Positions 47,659-57,056 of a stretch of DNA of 64,000 nt are shown piece by piece. Below the pieces are notes generated by a model. That model searched no databases, was not told where the DNA came from, and saw only the letters and a program-made list of their open reading frames with translations. Position 1 is the stretch's first letter; each line of letters opens with the position of its first letter. Source of the DNA: Torpedo marmorata (lineage: Eukaryota); contig OZ360229.1 of NCBI GenBank assembly GCA_977017645.1, forward strand, positions 51,150,001-51,214,000. The letters run 5' to 3'. The position numbers were made by a program, and so were the translations under genes.

Positions 47659-50589
47659 ATGGCCGCAGCAGCCTCTGATATAACAGCTACTGATATATCA
47701 GCAGCTGACGCAGCAACCGCTGATGTTGCTGTTGAGGACCAACGTATTGAAGACATGAAGGTTGCGGATATTAAAGAAGAATTGAAGCGACTGAAAAAGG
47801 ACATAAGTGGAAATAAAAAGGTTCTTATCGAAAGATTGAAGCTGGCAAAGGATGAAGAGGCAGCTTCATTAGTTGAACAAGAAGATAAAATGGAAATGGC
47901 TGAAATTGTGTCAACAAATGATGAAGAAATTGAATTGGTTGAAGATGCAAAGGATATACAATTCGAATTGGATAAAGAGGTAAGTATGAAGACAACATAT
48001 GAACTGCAGGACGAAATACAAGCAAGTGACAGTGTCTCAAATGCTGAAAGCAGGAGAAGCAAAAGAAGTTCTGGTTCGAGCTCCAGAGTTTCTCGTACTT
48101 CAAGTTCTGCATCGTCACGTACAAAGATTGAAGTTGACTTGGCCGCTCTTTTTGCACAACAAAAAACGCTTAAGGAGAAACATATTTTAGAACAAAAGGA
48201 GGAGCAGATAAAACAAAAGGAGGAGCAGCTAAAGGAGCAGCTAAGACAAAAGGAGGAGCAGCTAAAGGAGCAGCTAAGACAAAATGAGAAACAGCTAAAG
48301 CAGCAGCTAAGACAAAATGAGAAGCAGCTAATGGAGCAGCTAAGACAAGAGAAGGAGCAGCTAAGGCAGATAAAAGAACAGCAGGAGCTGGAAGCAAACA
48401 TTGCTATTGCCAAGGCAAAAAAGAAAGCAATAAAAGGCTCAATGGTATCTGGTGCAAGCAGTAAATCATCTAAATTGTCTGATAATAAAAGGTCATATTT
48501 AAAAAAAGAGTCACAGGAAAAGAAACCAACCAAAAGGATAGATATTTTTGAACCAAGGATACAAAACTTACATATACAAGGACAAACCTTTCAAGAGCAT
48601 ATTGGTATCGAGTCACATGTACCAATAGTAACATCTGAAAGCAAAGCTGCGGCTTGGGTTCGGTCGAACGAAGTAGCTTCTTTGTTATATGAGTCAAGCA
48701 TCAGAAATATGGAAGAAACTACACCAGTGAGGTTTCCAGATACATTGCATGCAACAAGAGACGGTGAACAGAGCAATGTATTGTCATCCAAGGAAAGACA
48801 AAATGAAACTGCAGCATCATTGTTTCAGTTACAGTCTCTCTCTTCTTTACCCAAGAAAGAGATACAAACTTTTGATGGTGATCCACTTCAATATCAATCA
48901 TTTATGAGATCTTTCAAACGCAATATTGAAGATAAATGCCAAGATCGTGATGAATGTCTTTATTATTTGGAAATGTTCACAAAGGGACATCCAAAAGAAC
49001 TGGTAAAGAGTTGTAAACAAATGTCATCAAAAAGAGGATTAGACAAAGCTAAGGCTTTATTGGAACAATATTTTGGCAACAAACATCGAATTGCTTTAGC
49101 TTATATGGATAAAGCTCTTAAATGGACATCAATAAAACAAAATGATATAAAGGCTCTGCAAGAATATACTTTGTTTTTAAGAGGATGTTGTAATGCTATG
49201 GAAGAAATCGATAATATTCGTGAGCTTGAAGTGCATAGTAATATGCGAATCATCTTAGAAAAATTACCTTACAAGTTATGGAATAGATGGAGAAATTTGG
49301 CTTGTGATTTACAAGTAAATTATGGTCGAAAAACTACCTTAAAGGATTTGGTAAATTTTCTTGAACAACAGGTGTACGTTGAAACAGATCCACTATTTGG
49401 AAATACCAGAGATAATTCAATGGGCAAAGATGTAAGTAAGTCTAATTCACAGCCTAGTCCGAAATTGAAAAGGAGTACTTTTGCTACTAATGTGTCAGTT
49501 ATAAGTAAAGAAAAGGACAAAGTAAATAAGGAAAAGGAAAGTTTGCCTAATGGAAAGAGTTGTTTGTTCTGTAAAGGTGGACATGCTTTGGAAATGTGTT
49601 TACGATTGGAAAAGAAGGAACATAAGGAAAAGATCGCTTTCTTAAAGGAAAATGGAATATGTTTTAGCTGTCTGTGTAAAGGGCACATCAGTAAAAACTG
49701 CGAGAAGCGAATTAATTGTAACATATGCAATTTGAAACATCCTAGAATTTTGCATATCCATAACAGAAACAATGAATTGGAAAAGGAGCAAACAGAAACA
49801 AAGGAAACAACAGAAAATAATGTTATAACCTTGGTTCAGACAAGTGGTCTTACCGGGGCCGGTGTGGATAACTGCAAACTTTCAATAGTGCCTGTACAAG
49901 TCAAGGCCAAGAAAGGGGATGCAATAGTAAAAACATATGCATTTCTAGACCCAGGCAGCACTGCATCTTTTTGCACGGAAGCACTAATGAATAAACTTAA
50001 TATTCAAGGAAAAAGATCAAGAATTATGTTAAAAACCATGGGACAAGAAAAGGTTGTTGAAACTAACATTGTTTCAGGCTTAGAGGTTGCTGGATTGGAT
50101 GACAAAAAATTTTGTGATCTTCCAAGTGTATATACTCAGAAGACTATGCCTGTGAATGAAGGAAATATTCCTCATCAAAGGGATATCCATCATTTAGCTT
50201 ATCTGTGGAAGGTTTATTTACCTGAAATTAATTCTGAGATAGAAATGCTGATTGATTCAGATGTGCCAAAGGTTTTGTTACCAAAAGAAGTAATAGAGAG
50301 TAAAAGGAATGGACCTTACGCAATCAATGGACCAATGGAAAGAAATAATGATATTGCTCAGGAACAGGTAGCGATAAATATTAATAAAATTTCAGTTGAG
50401 AAAGTTGAAGAGTTAAGCGAAGAGCAAAAAACCGTGAATAAGAAAATCACTTATGAAGAAAAGAAAACAGATCAATGTGAAAATAAATCAATGGTATTTA
50501 AAACAACATTGAAGGAATTAATTTCGTCAGAAATGGATGAAAGTGAAGTATTAGAAGATGTTGCAAATAATACTATTGATCATGTGTAA
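47659..50589 (+). CDS. BEL/Pao Gag-protease polyprotein with N-terminal SAP domain
   Basis: SAP motif MKVADIKEELKRLKKDISGNKKVLIERL; FDGDPLQY (DUF1759-like); three Cys/His knuckles CLFCKGGH, CFSCLCKGH, CNICNLKH; YAFLDPGST protease; frame fully open. Confidence 0.9.
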   Translation: MAAAASDITATDISAADAATADVAVEDQRIEDMKVADIKEELKRLKKDISGNKKVLIERLKLAKDEEAASLVEQEDKMEMAEIVSTNDEEIELVEDAKDIQFELDKEVSMKTTYELQDEIQASDSVSNAESRRSKRSSGSSSRVSRTSSSASSRTKIEVDLAALFAQQKTLKEKHILEQKEEQIKQKEEQLKEQLRQKEEQLKEQLRQNEKQLKQQLRQNEKQLMEQLRQEKEQLRQIKEQQELEANIAIAKAKKKAIKGSMVSGASSKSSKLSDNKRSYLKKESQEKKPTKRIDIFEPRIQNLHIQGQTFQEHIGIESHVPIVTSESKAAAWVRSNEVASLLYESSIRNMEETTPVRFPDTLHATRDGEQSNVLSSKERQNETAASLFQLQSLSSLPKKEIQTFDGDPLQYQSFMRSFKRNIEDKCQDRDECLYYLEMFTKGHPKELVKSCKQMSSKRGLDKAKALLEQYFGNKHRIALAYMDKALKWTSIKQNDIKALQEYTLFLRGCCNAMEEIDNIRELEVHSNMRIILEKLPYKLWNRWRNLACDLQVNYGRKTTLKDLVNFLEQQVYVETDPLFGNTRDNSMGKDVSKSNSQPSPKLKRSTFATNVSVISKEKDKVNKEKESLPNGKSCLFCKGGHALEMCLRLEKKEHKEKIAFLKENGICFSCLCKGHISKNCEKRINCNICNLKHPRILHIHNRNNELEKEQTETKETTENNVITLVQTSGLTGAGVDNCKLSIVPVQVKAKKGDAIVKTYAFLDPGSTASFCTEALMNKLNIQGKRSRIMLKTMGQEKVVETNIVSGLEVAGLDDKKFCDLPSVYTQKTMPVNEGNIPHQRDIHHLAYLWKVYLPEINSEIEMLIDSDVPKVLLPKEVIESKRNGPYAINGPMERNNDIAQEQVAININKISVEKVEELSEEQKTVNKKITYEEKKTDQCENKSMVFKTTLKELISSEMDESEVLEDVANNTIDHV

Positions 50590-50747
50590 TAGAATCAAAT
50601 ACAGGAATAAAACAAGTGACTGAAAACAAATCTGAATGTAGATTTTGTAGTTCAGAGATTACAACAGACAAAGCTAATGAAGAATTATTGCAATGTGATG
50701 TAAAACTGTAGAACACAGAAAATTGTGCTGATGGAATAAAGAATAAT

Positions 50748-51491
50748 GTGAATGATAATTTAATGCAATTGAATTCAGAGAACAAAATGTTGAAAGGGGA
50801 ATTGGAAATATTAGATAATCAAGAAAACAGTAAACAGAAAGATTTAATTGTAAGTAAAACTCGCAATGTCAGAAAGCGGAAGAAAAGAATAACTGCTGAA
50901 GAAATGAATACAGTTATCGAGGAAAGAGATTCAGCATTATCAAAATGTAAAAAGTTGGAGGAAGAGATTAATGTTTTAAAAGAAAACAAGTTATTGGTTA
51001 ATAACTCAAAACAGTTGACTTTAAAAACCAATCAAGAATGTAAATTGAATGTTCAACAATTAACAATGCAGAAAGAATGTGATATTGCATTGCAAAAATG
51101 TAACAAACAAGATGAAGAAATTAAAAAATTTCAAGTTTGTCGCAACAGGATTGACAATGGAAATATCAATGTATCACATGATATTTTGACTTCGGATCAA
51201 ATTATTAATTTCTCGGAAAGAACTGAGACCGAATTGAAAGTTGTGAAATTGGACTTAGAATTGCAGGAAAGAGCAATAGAAACCAGAGTGGTTAAACAGA
51301 CCTGTTTAAAATCGAAAGGATCAGATAAATATTCAAATTCTAATTCTAAGAGTTTAAATTCTTCACATGAGATGTGGAATAATATAGAAAGGAATAAAGT
51401 GAAACGACATGCTGAAGAAGTGCCTTATGTTAAATTCAAAAGAAAAACTGTATCTATTTTGTCTGAGGAGGATTTGAGGTTTACTGGTTGA
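50748..51491 (+). CDS. Coiled-coil ORF with captured MIPOL1-like (mirror-image polydactyly 1) segments
   Basis: RITAEEMNTVIEERDSALSKCKKLEEEI vs recalled human MIPOL1 RITAEEMSALIEERDAALSKCKRLEQEL, with similarity continuing downstream; start codon uncertain. Confidence 0.75.
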   Translation: MNDNLMQLNSENKMLKGELEILDNQENSKQKDLIVSKTRNVRKRKKRITAEEMNTVIEERDSALSKCKKLEEEINVLKENKLLVNNSKQLTLKTNQECKLNVQQLTMQKECDIALQKCNKQDEEIKKFQVCRNRIDNGNINVSHDILTSDQIINFSERTETELKVVKLDLELQERAIETRVVKQTCLKSKGSDKYSNSNSKSLNSSHEMWNNIERNKVKRHAEEVPYVKFKRKTVSILSEEDLRFTG

Positions 51492-51529
51492 CGTTTTGAC
51501 TCGGATTGTGAAGATGGAAGAACTTTAAA

Positions 51530-51712
51530 GAGACATTGTGATTGTTATGGATGGTTCAACTTCAAGAAATTCCTGGTTACTTGGAAAAGATTATTGAGAC
51601 TTTTCAAGACAAAGAGGACTTGTGCGTCAAGTGCGAATTAAAGCTAAGACTGGTTTTCTAAACAGACCTATTAACAAGGTCTGCCGTTTGTTGGAGACAG
51701 AGGAACTTTGAT
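51530..51712 (+). pseudogene. BEL integrase C-terminal remnant (DUF5641-like)
   Basis: Frameshifted DIVIVMDGSTSRNSWLLGK / IIETFQDKRG / VRQVRIKAKTGFLNRPINKVCRLLE. Confidence 0.8.
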
Positions 51713-53898
51713 AAATATAAACTGACTTTATTTGTTGTTGTATATTTCACAGGTTACAGACTTTTGTTGAATCAGAGTTATGGTAAACTCTAGATTTATG
51801 AAGAAGGAAGAAAGAAGATTTGTATTGTTTTGAATGTTATGGTTATTGTTATTTATAATTTATAGTGCAATTATTATTCAAGACATTACGTCTAATTATA
51901 ATAATTAGGGGCCAGTGTAAGAGCCGTAGGCTCATTAACTTACCGTTGTTGCAGCGCTCCGATGTCTCGTCGGGCCTTGGAGCGCTCGCGTAGTTCTGTA
52001 GGCCGTCCTCGGAGCACTCCTAGGCCACGTCGGGCCATGGAGCGCTCGCGTTGTTCTGTAGGCCGTCGTCGGACCGTTCTTTGATGTGCGCATGCGCGGG
52101 AGTGCCGACGGGCGCATGCGCAGTGTGGAGTGACGTCATTGTGCGCGTTGCGGTCTGGGAAATGTAGTATGCGCGGGGTAGGATGCGCATTGGTTTTAGG
52201 AGCTAAGGGGCATGCGCAAATCAAGCATAGAGAGAGAGAAAAGGAAAGAATAAGATGTTTGGAGGGTGAGTGAGGTCTCCACATCTTTATTGACCGTTTT
52301 ATAGCGTTTTATAACTTTTACATCGTTCTACAGTGTTTTCATATCGTTTTGGAATTGTTTAAAGAATTATTTAAAGGAACTCATCATACATCGTTTACAA
52401 GAACTGTTTATATTAAAGTCATTGAAGATTACTGCAAGTCATGTGTGTAAATAAAGGTTTTTGAACATATTGGACTTTGTTAGTAAATTGATTAAAACGC
52501 GTCAAAGACAAGGACCACACTTAGCCTCCAGGTGACTATAGGTGGATCGAAGTCACCGTAATAATCACTTTTGTGTGAATAAAACGATATAGAAGATAAA
52601 GAAACAATTTTATTGGCCCAGTTTGAGAAGGGAGGTTGTAAGCTTTTGCTGGGCCTGTCACACTTGTCAGGCGGTGGGGAAACCTAATTAGGGTCCCCCG
52701 ATGGCACCCTTGCAACCTATCCCTGCTTTCAGTGAACCTTTCTCGAGAGTGATTGTGGACTGTGTTGGCCCATTGCCCAAAACCAAAGCGGGGAATGAGT
52801 ATTTGTTAACAATTATGTGTGCAGCCACCAGATTTCCATAGGCCATTCCTCTGAGAAACATTAAAGCAAAAGCAATTGTAAAGGCTATGGTAAAGTTTTT
52901 CTCCTTGGTAGGTTTGCCAAGGGAAATTCAATCAGATCAGGGTAGTAATTTCATGTCAGGCATATTCCAACAAGTGGTTGATAGACTGGGAGCTAAACAG
53001 ATTTTATCCTCTGCGTACCATCCAGAAAGTCATGGGGCCTTGGAGAGGTTCTATTCGACTTTGAAGCACTTGATTAGAACCTATTGTTATGAGAAGGAAA
53101 GGATTGGGATGAGGGGGTTCATTTTTTGTTATTTGCAGCAAGGGAGCCTGTCCAAGAATCACTTGGTTTTAGTCCATTCGAGTTAGTTTTCGTACATGAA
53201 GAGAGAGGTCCTTTAAGGTTATTAAAAGAAGAGTGGATTAATAGTGATGTGCATTTAAATCTGTTAGATTATGTTTCCAAATTTAAGGATCGGTTGCATA
53301 AAGCTTATAAGATGGCAAAGGAGACTTCAAAGGCCACTCAACAGAGCATGAAGGTTTGGTATGATCGAAAGGCCAAGATGAGAACTTTTAAACCTGGTGA
53401 GAACGTATTAGTTCTGTTTCCCACACATTCAAATCCTCTTAGGGCTAGATTTTCAGGTCCCCATAGAGTTAAGCCAAAAATTAATGAGGTCACCCATGTT
53501 ATAAAACACCTAATTGCAGATGAGACACACAGGTCTGTCATGTGAATAGGATTAAGCCATATTTTGAACAGGTGCCGCACAAAGAGACTGAACATTTACC
53601 AGAGATGCTGGTTATCGACCAGGGTAAGGAGGAGACAGATAAAACCAGTTTCAGAGAGGGTCATGGGACACAGAAATTGATAAGCCTGAGGTTAGAATAT
53701 TCCATGATTTTACGCCATCTGGAGACCAAGTTGGCTCATCTCAAAACTTCCGAAAAGGAAGAGATGAGTTAATTATTTTTTAAATTTATAAATTTATTTC
53801 CCGATGTGCCTCAGAAAATTTCTATAGCTTATCATGATGTGGATGTAGGAGATACAAGACTGATAAAACAGCAACCATATCGAATAAATGCGGAACAG

Positions 53899-54419
53899 GA
53901 GATATTTGAAAACTTAGTATTAAGATGAAATTAAATATGTATCAAATAGAATTTCTGCGAATTGCTTTAGCTGTTTCAAAGAAATGTATTGCTATTACTT
54001 GGAAATCTGATGTAGATTTAGGGTTAGAAAGATGGCATGCAGAACTTCGTTCATGTGTACCACTTGAAAAAATTACTTACAATTTACGTAATAAATATAA
54101 TTTCTTTTTAAAAATTTGGAGCCCATATATGAAAGCTGTCGGTTTAAGGATTTAAAGATCTCTGGACATCGGATCTACTGGCGAACCTAACCTCCATAAT
54201 AAAATTAGTTTATAGATTTTTTTTTTTAGATTGACATTCTCCTTTCTCTATCTTTTTTTTTTCTCTTTTTATTTTTATTTTATTGGATTAGTAGGGATGG
54301 GAGGGTTATGGAGGGGAGGGTGGGGCGGTGAAAATGTATCACAAGTATTTTGAGAATTTTATATTTTACCTTATGTATTTTGTGATTTAAAACTTTAAAT
54401 AAAATATTTTTTAAAAAAA
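53899..54419 (+). mobile_element. Short 5'-truncated L1 in copy B
   Basis: 17-bp TSD gaataaatgcggaacag at 53882-53898 and 54420-54436; same family as the L1 3' end at 79-600. Confidence 0.93.
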
Positions 54420-57056
54420 GAATAAATGCGGAACAGTGCAAACTGGTAGATCAGCAAATTGACTACATAGTAAAGAACAGTATCATTCGAAAGTCTACTT
54501 TCAACTGGAGTTCTCCTTGTGCTTTAGTAACTAAGCCTGATGAACGGTTAGGTTTTGCACTGATTATAGGAAAGAAAATACTGTGACAAAGACAGATGCT
54601 TATCCTATTCCTAAAATAGACGATTGTATAGACAAGGTGGGGAAGGCCAAATTTCTTACAAAAATTGACTTATTGAAACGGTACTGGTGTGTTCCTTTGA
54701 CAAAAATGTCAAGGGAGATTTCTGCATTCGTAACACCTTTTGGGCTGTATGAGTATAATGTTACGCCTTTTGGGATAAAGAATGCTCCAGGAACATTTCA
54801 GAGAATGATTAATTCAGTAATTCAAGGGTTGAAAAACACAGGTGCATACATTGATGATTTAATTGTAAGTAGTGACACCTGGGAAGAGCATGTCTTTCAG
54901 TTAAAACAATTGTTCGAACGACTGTCAAAAACAAATCTCACAGTTAATTTAAATAAAAGTGAGTTAGGACATGCGACTGTTATTTATCTGGGTTATGTAG
55001 TAGGACAGGGGCAGTTGGCGCCAGTGGAGGCAAAGGTTGTGACTATTTCCGAGTTCCCTGTTCCAACTGGTAAGAAAATTCTGAGGAGGTTCCTGGGAAT
55101 GATTGGCTACTACCGCAAGTTCTGTGAAACTTTGCTGATCTTGCGCTCCCTCTCACAAATTTGCTTAGAAAGGGAGAAAACTTTGTATGGTCGACAGGTT
55201 GTCAGGAAGCATTTGTCAAATTGAAAGCCATTTTATGCCACCATCCTCTGCTTAAGTCACCTGATTTAGAACATTCATTTTCTTTAGCCGTGGATGCCAG
55301 CGATGAAGCTGTGGGTGCGGTGCTGTTACAGAGGAAGAACAAAGAAGACATTGACCATCCAGTATCCTACTTCTCGAAGAAGTTCAATGATCATCAAATG
55401 AATTATTCAACCATAGAAAAAGAGTTGTTTGCTCTTGTGTTGGCTCTACAACACTTTGATGTGTATATCTGTACAGCTCATAAAAAACACTCATAGTGCA
55501 CACTGATCATAATCCATTGGTTTTTCTTGGTAAAATGAAAAATAAGAATCGACGGTTGTTGAATTGGAGTCTAATTTTGCAAGAATATGATTTAATAATA
55601 ACACATATAAAAGGGAAAGATAATGTAATAGCTGATTGTCTTTCTAGATGCTAAACTTTATAAATGAAAATAGATCATATTTTTGTGTTTGTAGATTAAC
55701 ATTGTGGATTTTGTTTATATTGTGACACCTCAATTAATTTCTAAAATTTTGTTCTTGCAGACCAAAATTTTCTTTGTGGGTGGGAGGTGTTATGGACCAT
55801 GACTGACCATATGGACTGTAGACAGTCAGCAGGAAGGATTAAGTCTTTTGGAGTACACACTGGGACCAGGTACTGAAAGATTTAACTTTCCCAGGACTGG
55901 GTGTACCCAGAGAGAGACACACAGAGGGAAAGACAGGCTCTGGAAAGATACTTTGTTGCACTTTTGCAAAAGCAGGGGCAAAATTCTGAAAAAAGCATTC
56001 AGTCTGGAGGTGCAAGAGGCTGGAACAACACAGCCAAATCCAGGCTTGTGTATCCCAGGGGAAAAGGCTGGGAGAATAGCACATGGCCTCCTGTATCAGA
56101 AAAATCCTGATTTAAATCAACTTTCGTGGAGAACAGGCGTGAGATCAGCGAGCCGGCTGTGATATCCAAGTATACGCCTCAATCAAAACTGATTTGGAAT
56201 CGCAATCCTCGTGTACCTACCAAAAGGGAAAGTCATCAGGGAAGAAAAGCAGGTCAAGCATTTGTAAGTTTAAACAGTCATTGTCTCTCTCTCCAACGTT
56301 CATTAAGAAGTCTTTCGTGCCAGCACACAGAGCTGAATTTGGACCCTGAAGATAGAGAGTGATTTTTGTCGACTCTATTTTTGGGACTGACTTATTTTTA
56401 TGACTGACCTCGGGGTTTTGGGGAAGGTTTTCCATTTTTACATGAGGGTTTGGCACAGAATGTAATGGTCTGGACTTTATATATACACACACACACACAC
56501 ATACACAGACACACACACACACACATACACAATCTTTAGTTAAGAATAGTGTTTATAGACGTTTATAATGTAGTTAATTGTTAAGAAATTATATGTTTAA
56601 TTGTCTTTAATAAATATAAATTTCAATTTTACCCCTTTTGCATTGCGTCTTCTATGGTGGCTGGTTTGAATTTTTAACAAATATCCGGTTTGAACTCCAT
56701 CTGCCACTTTTCTATCCTCTTGTAACCTTCGACAACCTTCAGCTCCATCCACAACTTCTCCAACCTTCGTGTCATCCGCAAATTTACTGACACCCCCCCA
56801 CCTTCCGCCTCTTCATCCAGGTCATTTATTTAAAAAAAGAGCAGGGGTCCCAGAACAGATCCTTGTGGCCCTCCATTAGTCACCGACCTCCAGGCAGAAT
56901 ACTTTCCTTCCACTACTACTCTCTGCTTTCTTCCTGCAAGACTATTTTTTATCCACACAGCCAAGGTTCCACTGATCCCATGCCTCATGACTTTCTGGAT
57001 GAGTCTCTTGTGGGGGACCATGTCAAATGCCTTGCTAAAATCCATGTAGACCACAT

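Larger units (their letters stand above)
46563..52563 (+). mobile_element. Non-autonomous BEL/Pao LTR retrotransposon inserted in the integrase zinc finger of copy B
   Basis: 648-bp LTRs 46563-47210 and 51916-52563 (about 8 differences by eye); 5-bp TSD gtcac/atcac; PPT aattaggggccag; BEL gag/PR; no RT, RH or IN core. Confidence 0.93.
42911..56679 (+). mobile_element. Gmr1-type Gypsy copy B, decayed, hosting BEL, L1 and Rex1 insertions
   Basis: LTRs 42911-43768 and 55788-56679; PBS 43772; gag/PR fragments 43896-46500; IN ~52570-53500; RT (YIDD) 54583-55224; RH 55161-55650; TSD degenerate. Confidence 0.93.
42204..57056 (-). mobile_element. CR1 LINE split by Gypsy copy B (pieces 42204-42910 and 56680-57056) and cut again by copy C
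   Basis: VYMDFSKAFD, PQGSVLGPLLF, KFADDTK, LVRPYLEYCVQF, RGDLIEVYKI. Confidence 0.9.

Noticed and set aside
47553-48533. 326-aa antisense ORF
   Set aside because: Low-complexity mirror of the Gag repeat region; no domain evidence
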